A stretch of DNA of 64,000 bases, taken from assembly GCF_009914755.1 (NCBI RefSeq), contig NC_060944.1, one strand, 5' to 3'. Shown here piece after piece: positions 30,363-43,275 of this stretch. The position numbers were made by a program, and so were the translations under genes. Under the pieces are notes generated by a model. That model saw nothing but the letters and a program-made list of their open reading frames with translations. It searched no databases and was not told the origin of the DNA. Source of the DNA: the human T2T-CHM13v2.0 reference genome, Homo sapiens. Positions within the stretch are counted from its first letter, which is position 1, and each line of letters starts with the position of its first letter.

Positions 30363-30380
30363 ATCTGAGTCACGACACCA
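30363..30380 (-). other. Primer-binding site, tRNA-His
   Basis: TGGTGTCGTGACTCAGAT vs TGGTGCCGTGACTCGGAT (2 mismatches). Confidence 0.9.
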
Positions 30381-30382
30381 AA

Positions 30383-30813
30383 TTTCATGCGCGTCCGTGT
30401 GAAGAGACCACCAAACAGGCTTTGTGTGAGCAACATGGCTGTTTATTTCACCTGGGTGCAGGTGGGCTGAGTCCAAACAGAGAGTCAGCAAAGAGTGGTG
30501 GATTATTATTAGTTCTTATAGGTTTTGAGATAGGCGGTGAAGTTAAGAGCAATGTTTTGTGGGCAGGGGTGGATCTCACAAAGTACATTCTCAAGGGTGG
30601 GGAGAATTACAAAGAACCTTCTTAAGGGTGGGGGAGATTACAAAGTACATTGATTAGTTAGGGTGGGGCGGGAACAAATCACAATGGTGGAATGTCATCA
30701 GTTAAGGCTATGTTTACTTCTTTTGTGGATCTTCAGTTACTTCAGACCATCTGGATGTATACGTGCAAGTCACAGGGGATGCGATGGCTTGGCTTGGGCT
30801 CAGAGGCCTGACA
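30383..30813 (-). promoter_or_regulatory. HERV-H 5' LTR (LTR7B-like promoter/enhancer)
   Basis: 431 bp; TATAA at 30516-30520, AATAAA at 30442-30447, repeated GGGTGGGG (KLF/SP) boxes. Confidence 0.92.
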
Positions 30814-31399
30814 CACACCATCTATTTAATTCTGTGACCTGCTCCAGACACAAGCACTCTGGGCCCCCATATTCTTTTTCTTGTTTTCCCTATCACCGAC
30901 CTCTTCCAACACCCCAAATAATTTACTTAGGGATGGCCATGGTTTACCCTCTGTCTCCCACTTCTTCCCCGCAGGCCTTCAGCTCCCCCAGGTGAGGGAG
31001 ACCTTTGCTTTGTTCACCGACATATCCCAAGCATTAGAACTGCGCCTGGCACCAGCAGGTGTTCAATTATTTATTTAATGGGTGACTTGGAGCAGAAACC
31101 GAAGTGCAGTGGACTGTTTTCCTGGGATCTGAGCTGATGATAAATGATAAATAAGTCTTGGGATTTTAGAAGGCAGGAATCACGAAAACCAACACCAATG
31201 AAATCCAAGTCTCCTCTGCTACTATCTGAAGTGGAACAGAACAGAAATAAGGTCTGTTTTCTTTCCGCTTCGCTGTTCTGTTTCTGTCCGAAACAACCGT
31301 CTCTCTGACACCTTCGAGGTGTCCCTTTGTCTCTTTGAGGTTCCCTCCGTGACACTGGCTACTTTGTAACTCTAACACTGTCAGCAATTAATTCCCAAA

Positions 31400-33380
31400 G
31401 GTGAGGTCCCCGTGGGAAGTGGGAAAACCCAGCGAATCACCAGGGACCCGCCTGATTCCGAAAAGGCTGGATGCTGGCTGGGAACCGGCCCCGCAGCTCC
31501 GGCGTCCCCGCCTGCCTGCGCGGCCTTCAGCTGGGGTTACGGAGGGCTCCCAGCGCCGATCCAAACCGCGTTCCAGGCGGGGTGGGCGGGCCCCTGGCCA
31601 GCGAGGCCGAAGCAAAACAACCCGCCCAGGCGTCCAGAGCGTATCCAACCCTGGAGAACCTGCCCCGGAACCAAGAGCCGCAGCCAGCTCAGGCCTCTCG
31701 AGTGGGGCCTTTCCAGCCCCTGCAACAGATCCCGGGATCTGTAGTTGGGCGGAGGGGCTCGTTATGGGAAAGGGGTGCGTGCGCGTTTGTGCTAAAACAA
31801 GAAAGGCAAGAATCTCCGAGAACAAAACTCTGGTCCTCGCCTGGCCGGGGACCGCAGAAGACAGGGGCGGCAGCGCCAAGGCGGGTCAGGGGCCGGTCCA
31901 GCCAAGTTTGCTCCGGCTTAGATAAACTTTCTGATGGCAGTTTTTCCTGGTTGCAGCCTGGGTTCCTTGTAACCGGGTAAGCGTAGCGGGTGGTTGTCAA
32001 GAGGGGCGGAGGCTGGCGGTTACAGGGAATGGAGGGATGGGCCGGACCTGGGGTCGCGCAGGCGCCTTGGTCGCTGCCTCCGATCCGATCACCCCCGCCC
32101 CATCTCCTCTGCGAGCTCAGGAAGGTGGCTGGGGGAGGGGGATGGCTCCCTACTGCCGAGGGACGGCCCGAGGCAAACACAAAGCCCTTCCCTCCCCTCC
32201 TCCTCTTTCCTCTCCTCTCCCCTCCCCTCCCCTCCTTTCTCCCCCTTCCTCCTCTTCCTCCTCCTCCTCTTGCTCCTCCCGGGCGGGGAAACCCAGCCCC
32301 GCGCTCGTCTTTGGGGCCACCGGTCGCCCCCGCCTCCGGGACCTGCGGGGAGGGCCCGCGAGAGGTAAGGGGCGGTGGCAGCGGAGACCCCACCCCCTGT
32401 GCCCGCACCTAGAGAGCCCGGAGAGGCTCCGGGCACGGGCGGGGCTCTCTGGGGTTCCAGACGTGGGTGCTGCTGTGCGCACTCTCTCCCTACTCCGGAG
32501 GGGACTTGAGGAAGACAGCCAGAGCGCGTCCTCGGGGATCGTGGGGAACGGAAGGGGGAAGGGGGATCAGGGAGTGGGGACAAGGGGCAGAGTGACATTC
32601 CGGAGCGCGAGGTGGCCGCTGGTCCCGGCAGGGTCACCGGGTGTCCTCAGCTGACCTGTGCGGGGCTGGGGTGAGGGACAGCTGGAGGGTGCAGGCACTA
32701 TGGCTCGAGGTGCGGAGGTGCGGGTGTGCGTGCGTGTGCACCGGACGGAGTTTGGTAGGGACCTTTGAGGAGTTCTACCTGCAGGGCTGCCTGTGGGGTG
32801 TCAAGTGCTCCCTGCGCCTGAGCGCGCGGGTCAGACCCGGTGTCGCACAGCTTTGATCCCCAGCGCGGACCCCACTGGTGAGTCCAGCCAGTGTGCAGGG
32901 CAGATGCTCCGACCGGAGATTTCCTCCCCCGGGTGGAAAAGCAGGAGGGTTGTTGTGTCCGGGCAGGGGGCACTTGGGCTGTCGCGGTGATTGATGGCTG
33001 CGCAGCGGGCGGAGGAGGAGCCCCGGATTCCTGCCGGGAAGGGACGGGGCCACTTTCCCACTTTGAGGCCTCCCCGCCCCCTTCTGGGCTTGGCCTCCAC
33101 CCTTGGCCTGGGCTCCCACCAGCTCGGCGTCCACCCACCGGCGGTGGCGCGCCCCTCGACCGCGCGGGGACAGCAGGATTTGCAGAAGTTCAGCTTGAAA
33201 GCCTATGATATGTTGCCAAGAAATACAGGGCAAGATCGGTCCCCTGGGCCCTGAGAGGCGCCTGTCTTCTCAGAGCTCTTAAATCCCTGGGGCTTTCCTA
33301 ATTCCGCAGTGTAGCGGCACTTCCTTGCGCGGTTTTGGGCACATTGGGGTTTCTTAGGAACACGCTGTCATCGGTAAGGA
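31400..33380 (+). promoter_or_regulatory. CpG-island promoter with alternative first exons of an unidentified plus-strand gene
   Basis: About 2 kb, GC- and CpG-rich, GC boxes; donors at 31401, 31977, 32365, 32878 and 33374. Confidence 0.85.
32185..32271. repeat. 87-nt pure polypyrimidine (CT-rich) tract
   Basis: No purine between 32185 and 32271. Confidence 0.9.
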
Positions 33381-33619
33381 AACATCAGAGTACTCTTCGA
33401 CCAAAAGGACTGTAAATACTGAAGCAAAAAGAAACACTTGCTGGGAGTGCAAAGGGCTTACTGGGAAAAAAGAAACACACAGGGCAGCACTCCATCATTA
33501 AGATAAATAGTATTTTAATACAATCTTTTTAACAAAACCAAATTGAATGTAAAAAATTCATGATAAGCAAAAATCAACATTTTAAATACAGGTGGGTGTT
33601 GTTAGAACCCTGCTTCATA

Positions 33620-33906
33620 GGCCGGGTGCAGTGGCTTATGCCTGTAATCCCAGCACTTAGGGAGGCCAAGGCAGGCAGATCACTTGAGGTCAGGAGTTCA
33701 AGACCAGCCTGGCCAACAGGGTGAAACCCCATCTCTACTAAAAATACAAAAATTAGCTGGGCCTGAAGGCATGTGCCTGTGGTCCCAGCTACTCGGGAGG
33801 CTGAGGTGGGAGAATCACTTGAACCTGGGGGCAGAGGTTGCAGTAAGCCGACATTGTGCCACTCCACTCAGCCTGGGTGACAGAGTGAAACTCTGTCTAA
33901 AAAAAA
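33620..33906 (+). mobile_element. Alu (AluSx/Sz-like)
   Basis: TSD agaaccctgcttcat. Confidence 0.96.
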
Positions 33907-34829
33907 AGAACCCTGCTTCATTGTTCAATGGGAACAGTCATATCCAGTCTCCCTCCCCCACCTCCCCATTTGTTTGTTCCCTTGCCTGGTGGTTTGAGAG
34001 TTGACAGTGGCATGCAACAGATTGAGCAACTCTGGCTTCAGATGTAGTCACGTTCACTGAATGCAGAGCTTTTATTAACTTTTTACCTAATTCAAATGTA
34101 GGAGGATATTGTCATAAGTGGATATAGAGGTGCTAATTTTCCTTTTTGCCTCAGGTTCCAATATTGCCTCTGGAATACTCATGCACTCCCGTGCTTTGGC
34201 ACCTCCAGAGAGAGCATCACAGGCTAGGGATGGGTAGGGTCCCGGGACAGTGAAGGGCCCTTGCTTTTGGAACTTGGGAAGAAGGCTGTTGACAGGAGCT
34301 TTTGGGTTTGGAGACTTGCTCTCAGTAGTTGGAGGCTGGAGACACGGGGAAAACCAACCTGCTATCAAGACCTTTGTCTGGAAACATTCTCCTGCAGACA
34401 GTTCATCAGAGCAGAGGAGGAAACTGAAATAGCCCACACTTGACCTCTAGTGTAGGGCAGGTGGGAGGGAGCTTGACTCCCAGGATGGCTATGGCGTGTG
34501 CTTATTTAAAGATAACTTCGCAGCAGCACTCTTATCCCCACCCAAGGTGTCCTGCCATACACCTTATCCAAAGTCAAGGGTCACTACCCACTTCAGGACT
34601 TCCACTTTCCAGAAAGAACCTCCTTGCTTAGCTAAACCCTCTTCCTCTGCTTGGAGGACACAGATGAATCAGGTATCACAGATGAAACACAGGGTATGCT
34701 ACCCTGAGAGGTCCATGCTCGTGTGACCCATTAATGGGAGGCCCATTCTTCACATACTCTCTGTATTATAGTGCTTTGACCTTGTGCCCAATTCCCCTTG
34801 TATATCCAACCTACCTAATGAACCTTCAA

Positions 34830-35060
34830 GAATCCTAATAGTTTCAGCAAGAAAGATTTCCCCGACCCTGTCCTCCTTTCCCCAGTAAGACACCCCCTCA
34901 CTGCCACCAGAATTCCTTGTGTGTGTGTATGTGTATGTATCTCTTAAAGCAATACAGTGGACCTCACTTGCCCACTGTCTGTAAGCTTCCCAGGGTCCAA
35001 AACCAGGCCATAGCCCTTAAGACCTACCACTCAAGGAGGGGGTGTTGAATGAATGAATGA
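34830..35060 (+). mobile_element. L2 3' fragment
   Basis: tgtaagcttcccaggg...tgttgaatgaatgaatgaa tail. Confidence 0.55.
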
Positions 35061-36768
35061 ACAAAAGTGTCCCTTTGTCAAGGCATTTTGAGAAGTTGCA
35101 CAGCAAGAAGTATACCCTCAGGACTGTAATGCCTCTGAAGAAAGCAGGTAACATTTTTGTAGCACATTATAAAATGGATTTACAAATAGTATCTCAGTCG
35201 TTTCTCACAACAGTAGTATTCATTGCATTTTGTAGGTGAGGAAATGAAAGCCTAAAATTAGTCTGTCATTCTGCCGCAGCACAGTGGACTTGCTAAAGGC
35301 GAACCTGCCCAGAGGCACACTCCATGCAGTGTATGTACAGAGCAGGATTCACCGAGTTGTGTTTTAGGATGCAGTTTTGCTAAACAATCACTAATGAGTT
35401 ACAGTGATAAAATATGTTAGGGAAATGCTAATGTTGTCTGTTTTTTTATGGCAGGACTTTAAGGAGTCTTTATTGTTATACCATACATTGGGACTCTTTA
35501 GAATGACACCATAGTATGGGATGCTTGCCAACTTTATTTGGCCACAGAACACTCTTTCTCATGAAGTATCTTCTGGATCCAGTGTTCCAAGGAATTCACC
35601 TAGGGAATTGTTTAGTTCTCCCAAAATCTTATAATGTCTAGGCCAACTTCCAAGGAATGTTGATTCCATCTAATATGTGGTATTTTGGATAGTAAAAATG
35701 TATATTCTGGACACTAGAAAAGCATAATAATCCACCCTTGTCAATTTAGAGTGGATTGTTGATCTGTGTATCCAATTAACTCAAGTAGCTTCCATGCATC
35801 CGATTAATATGAATAGGTTCTTTGGGTTTGATCAGATATGATCTGAGGGAACCCCAGCCTCTGGAGAGCACTGCCTTTTTGCTGCCCAGAAGCCTTCAGA
35901 TTTCAACCAGCCTTTCCAACTCTGAGAATCCCCTCAAACGCAGCTCTGTAGATGGGGTGGCAACTTCAGGGTTCTTGTCCTGAGATCACTATTTCATCTT
36001 GGCTAGTTACATCCATTGAGTGAGAAAGTACACCTGCTCAGTGAATTTTCTGTTCTCTCATTCCTCTCTCCTTGGGTGCTGGCCAAGTGAATTCTCTAGG
36101 GTGTCTAAGTGTGTGTGGACATTTGCTTATGAAAAGTAAGTAAATGTCACTCTCTGGGTGTCTCAGACCTGGAACAGAAGCCTGCTAACAGCAATCCCTC
36201 CTCATAGGAGCTGCAGCCCCCGTTCACAAGCAACCATTGTTTGAAATCAGGTATTTTTAAATCAGAGTTTGCCTTCAATCTACTGTTAGAGCACCTTCCA
36301 CAGACCAGTAACCTCAGCTATTGAGGCTTTATTGCAATTAAGGAGACAAAGTGAGGAAGTTGGAGTTAGAATTTCAGGGACTCAAAGGAGAATTGTGGGC
36401 TAGTGGAGGAGCCTTCGGAAAGTGATCAAAGAGGCACAGCTGTGCAAATTTAACATTCATCTGCAGACATTTCTAGGTCTCCAATGCTGAGCAAATATAT
36501 CTCAAGATTTGTTTCGTAGATTTTTCGAAAGCACAAAAAGTAACAATTCTCATTTAGAGATATGTATTAAACAGGGTGGTGTCACAGAAGTCAAGGGAAG
36601 GAGTGTTTTGAGAAAAATGGACCTATCAGATGGGGCGGGATGGGGAGTGACAAGGGGAGTTGAAGAAGATGACTAGAAGGCTGATGGGTCATTAGCCAAG
36701 CCGTGGAGTTCAAGTGTGTGTGTGAGCATGCACATGTCATCGTGCTGTGCGAACAAGGGAGAAGGTAG

Positions 36769-37102
<334 letters not shown>

Positions 37103-37117
37103 TAAATGTGATTTTTA

Positions 37118-37447
<330 letters not shown>

Positions 37448-38955
37448 GATATATATGTATATCAGCACAGAGAAGTGTGGAATGTCAGCTGAAAGTGTGA
37501 ATAGAACCACACAAGTGAATACAGCCGCTAGCAAAACCACTCAATAGCATAATCACATAATGAATGAGTGAATGAATGAATGAATGATTAAATGACACTG
37601 TTTTTTGTAGCAGAAACTGTTTTTAAACTCACTAATAGTTAGGTGAAAGTTTAAACACAGTCATTTTGTGAAAGAGTCTAAGAAAATAAAATTGAATTTT
37701 TTAACGCTGTGGGTATTCCAGCCTGTGTGAGATGTCTTATTCTGGTCAAAAAGCTTTGGTTGTAAGAACCTCCATTACTAACGTTGAATGATGCTCCATG
37801 ATTGAGAGCCCCTGATTCAGTTTGATGTAGGAATGGTTATAAAGGTATGCTGGTTTGTTTTAAAAACCATCCTAAGAGTGATTTAAAAGACGTTGCTGGA
37901 CTTTATAGTATCCAAATGAGAAACGGATTCGGGAGGTGTTCTAATTCCTACTATGAGTGTATATCTCATTTTTATTTGATGATACCATCTGGCCAAGTGA
38001 TAGTACATGGAGTATTAATACATAACCCCCCACTTGCTTAAAATTCTCAAAATTTGAGTCATTTCAAAAATCAGATTTGGAAACATTTGTATTTTTAATG
38101 AGTGAAGTCTTTTTTTAAGTAAGTTAATCCAATAAATTGGATAAAGAGACTTTTTGTTTTTTATGTACCTGATTTTATTTGGTAGATCAGGAATTCAAAA
38201 TTTAAAAAAAGCTAGATTAAATAGTTAGCTAGATGAACTTTAGTTATTAAAGAAATTGTTACCGATTTTTCCCAAATACTGAACTCCCCCATTGCATTTT
38301 AACTATGGCTCGATTACAAGAATACTTTTAAAACATGAATGGAAGCAGACATCTGTCCTGTGTGGTAACTGAGGGCAGCTGTGCATGGAAACCTTTGAGT
38401 CTCGGAAAGTCAGCCAGGATCCCACACCAGGGGAAGTTGAGTGCTGAGACCAGTCACCTCGTCTATGCAGGACCTAGCAGTCCTGGGTGTGTCTGACTTC
38501 AGCACACCCATGTCCAGATAAGGGACGTGGAACCTAAACGCTCATCATCTTGCTATCCAGACTTTCCTTGCTTAAGTGCTAAATGTTTATCGCTTCAGCG
38601 ATACACATTTTGTTATACAAAATCTTTAACCTTTTGCATCATCAAATGTTTGTGCTTTTTCTTAAAATTTCCTTAGTGGCTCTTCTGCATAGAAAACCTT
38701 TCCACTTCCTCAATCAATTACCTAGCCTTTTATATTTTCTTCTAATGTTTATGCTTTCAGTTTTTCAGATTACTATTTAAATTCATTTGAGATCATTTGG
38801 CAGGTGGTTTATAGAGTAGGAACAAAAGTTTATTCCTTTTTCCCCATAGTTTTCCCCTAGGTCTGGCATCATTTGGTGAATAAACCTGCCTTTCCCCAGC
38901 TCCATAACACATACAAATTCTACTAGGAAGGGCAAGTCCCACTTCACTTTCTGCG

Positions 38956-39320
<365 letters not shown>

Positions 39321-40544
39321 TAGTTTGGGATCCTCTTTTTCTGGGAAACCATGACATTGAATTAGAGCCAGTGGGCATTGATTGTATGTGTTCAGGCCAC
39401 ACATGCACACTGATCCCTGGGGTGGCTGGTGAGGAAGGCACAAACCCAGACTGGAGGAGACTGGCTTCTGGTTTCAGCTCTGCTGGGAGGTGTGGGACCT
39501 TGGCTGGCTCAAAGGTTCATTTGCACTCATGTGTGTAGGCGCTCCTTTAGGATTCCAGGCTTCAAGGACCTAGCAGCCTAGCAGGGGATACTTACACAGA
39601 CTGGGAAGGGCAGGACAGTGTGGTCAGTGCTTGACTTGAGAGACAGACATACTTGTGTTGAGTTTGAACTGGAAGACCCCTAATTCAAGTTCTTTGTTGC
39701 TTTCCTTTGCAATGGTTTTTCTCCTTGATAATTTAGGGATCCCACAAAGTCAGAGGCTCTTGTCTTTTTAGAAAAGGCATTTATCCCTCTTCCTTTTATG
39801 AAGTAAGCACAGGGATCTTGGGGGTGGGATGGGGTGGGTTTAGGAGATTCCTCTGGCTCTCTGCTAGACTAATGTTGTTGAAGGAAGGTGACTTCATCCT
39901 CATGGATGGCAAGACCCTTTGGAAGGTTTCATGGCTTGTGAGAAAAGGAGGCTACAGAGGGAGGGAGGGAAGGAGGGACAGCCAGTGGGATGGACCAGGC
40001 ACAGATGGGGAGAATGGTCCTCCTAGGTTGACGGAGGCGCTTTATTAGGGTGGCTTCTTCAAAGCTTCTTATCCCCTCAGTCCTGTGAGGTCTGATGTCT
40101 GAAGTGACAGTCAGACAGCTCCCTGTCCTTCCCTCATGGTGGGAGGCTGCTCCTGGCCATCTGTCATGGATGGGGCACCCACCCATCCTCTCTGTATTCC
40201 GGGATTCCTGCCTTAACAGATGGTGTGTGTTTCGTATGACAAACACTGTCTCTGGGCACACCTCATACCCTAGTTTTCCCCAATATTTGCAGCTAATGTC
40301 TTTCCCTAAACAGTTTACAGGATGACCTTAGACCACATATATGATCTAAATAATACAAATAACCTACTACACTTTAGTATCAGCTTAGGCACTCTCCCTC
40401 TTTTAAACTGTGCTTCCATGGGACGTTGGGATCAGAGGTAGAGTCATTTCAAAGAACAGGGCTAGGAAAGGGCAGATTCAAGGTTGGTTCCCAGACCACT
40501 TTCTATTCAAGGGCAATGTGGTTGCATACAGAAGGGGTACTTCA

Positions 40545-41641
<1,097 letters not shown>

Positions 41642-41677
41642 AGTTCATTATGGCACCACTTAGAATGCGAGGCTCCT

Positions 41678-41975
41678 GGCCAGGCGTGGTGGCTCACTCC
41701 TGTAATCCCAGGACTTTGTGGGGGCTAAGGCGGGTGGATCACCTGAGGTCAGGAGTTCGAGACCAGCCTGGCCAACATGGCGAAACCCTGTCTCTACTAA
41801 AAATACAAAAATTAGCTGGGCGTGGTGGCAGGTGCCCATAATCCCAGCTACTCAGGAGGCTGAGGTAGGAGAATCACTTGAACCTGAGAGGCAGAGGTTG
41901 CAGGGAGCCGAGATCACGCCACTGCACTCCAGCCTGGGCAACAGAGCAAAACTGTCTCAAAAAAAAAAAAAAAAA
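41678..41975 (+). mobile_element. Alu (AluSx-like)
   Basis: Full-length; degenerate TSD aatgc..g.ctcctg. Confidence 0.95.
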
Positions 41976-42239
41976 TCAATGCAAGTCTCCTGCGAAACAT
42001 GGAGAGAGACGGAGGATGTGACCCAGACCCTCTGAGGGCTTCAGTCCAGGGAGGGAGGCAAGAACTGTACCTGCAGGACAAGTGGAGGACAACTTAGGAG
42101 AGCGTCATGTCCCAATGATCCAGACTGTGTGTCACGATGGAGAAAGTCTGTGAGGGAAACAAACCAGGTTCTGCCTGGTCTCTCCCTATGTTTTGATCTA
42201 AATAGCATCTCAGGCTCCTTGTCTATAACAGGAGATGAG

Positions 42240-42630
42240 GGAAGGTCTCAGACCAGGTTCCCTAGAAGCAGACCCCGAGGTGAGGATTCATGGAAAATGG
42301 ATGAAGAAATATTCACAGGAAAACAGGAGAGTGGGGAAAGGGGGCCAGAGGCAAGGAAGCTGAGCAGTGGTGCAAACTGGAATGCTCTGGAAACAGTGGG
42401 AGCCCCACAAGAGTAGCCAGATCGGAGGCCAGCTTTCTGGAGACGCTCTACCCCTGCATCAGTCAGACTAAGGGTTGCCCCAAGTGCTTCCAGCTCTCTC
42501 TGCATGCGGGCAAAGCGAGTCCCATAGAGAGCATCCTCTGACAGGGACCCAGGTGCTGGCTGTGGCTTGCAAATGTGCATGAAAATGATTTAGGACTCTG
42601 AAGGCACAGGGACAGGGCGTGGCAGCATTT
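42240..42630 (-). mobile_element. LTR33-like ERVL LTR fragment
   Basis: ggttccctagaagcagaccccgaggtgaggattc... Confidence 0.5.
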
Positions 42631-42959
42631 GCCAGAGTGGGATACCTGTTCTCATCCTCACACAGGCAGACAGAGTGGATTGTTATGAATAATTCATTGT
42701 CATTTCTTGTGACCTCCTGATCGTATGAGGAGCAGGAGTTTCTTACTGACATTACACAGCATGATGCCATGTGTGGCTTACTGGCCCCTCAGAGGTTATG
42801 CTGGCCCACCAGAAACCGTCTCTCCTCTATGTGCTTATTTCCCACACTTCTGGTGCTGATTTTTATGCCTTTAGACCTTATTGGAAATATTCAATATAAT
42901 TACAAGATACCTATAGATATATAAATATTCTTCTTGGAAATACTTTGCTTTCTGTTTCT

Positions 42960-43275
42960 TTTTTTTTTTTTTTTTGAGACCGAGTCTCGCTCTGTCACCC
43001 AGGCTGGAGTACAAAGTCGCACTCTCGGCTCACTGCAACCTCTGCCTCTTGGGTTCAAGTGATTCGCCTGCCTCAGCCTCCTGAGTAGCTGGAATTACAG
43101 GTGCCCACCGCCACGCCCAGCTAATTTTTGTGTTTTTAGTAGAGATGGGCTTTCACCATGTTGGCCAGGCTGGTCTTGAACTCCTGACCTCAGGTGATCC
43201 ACGCGCCTTGGCCACGCGCCTTGGCCTCCCAAAGTGCTGGGATTACAGGCATGAGCCACCGTGCCGTGCCCGGCC
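42960..43275 (-). mobile_element. Alu (AluSx-like) with 13-bp internal tandem duplication
   Basis: TSD gctttctgtttct; ccacgcgccttgg twice at 43199-43224. Confidence 0.95.

Larger units (their letters stand above)
26083..30813 (-). mobile_element. HERV-H provirus (4731 bp, internally deleted)
   Basis: Paired LTRs, PBS-His, PPT, gag/pro/pol remnants; 5-bp TSD CACAC (26078-26082, 30814-30818). Confidence 0.97.
25800..31080 (+). mobile_element. L2 element split by the HERV-H insertion (L2 parts ~25800-26082 and ~30814-31080)
   Basis: L2 sequence on both flanks; 3' end ttgttcaccga...gcctggcaccagcaggtgttcaat. Confidence 0.6.

Noticed and set aside
26122-30625. Near-identical peptide ending ...KYILKGGENYKEPS found twice
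   Set aside because: Antisense translation of the two LTRs, not a gene duplication.
31388-33254. Many overlapping 100-240 aa ORFs in the CpG island
   Set aside because: Expected from GC-richness (few stop codons); low-complexity G/P/R/A peptides on both strands with no recognisable domain.
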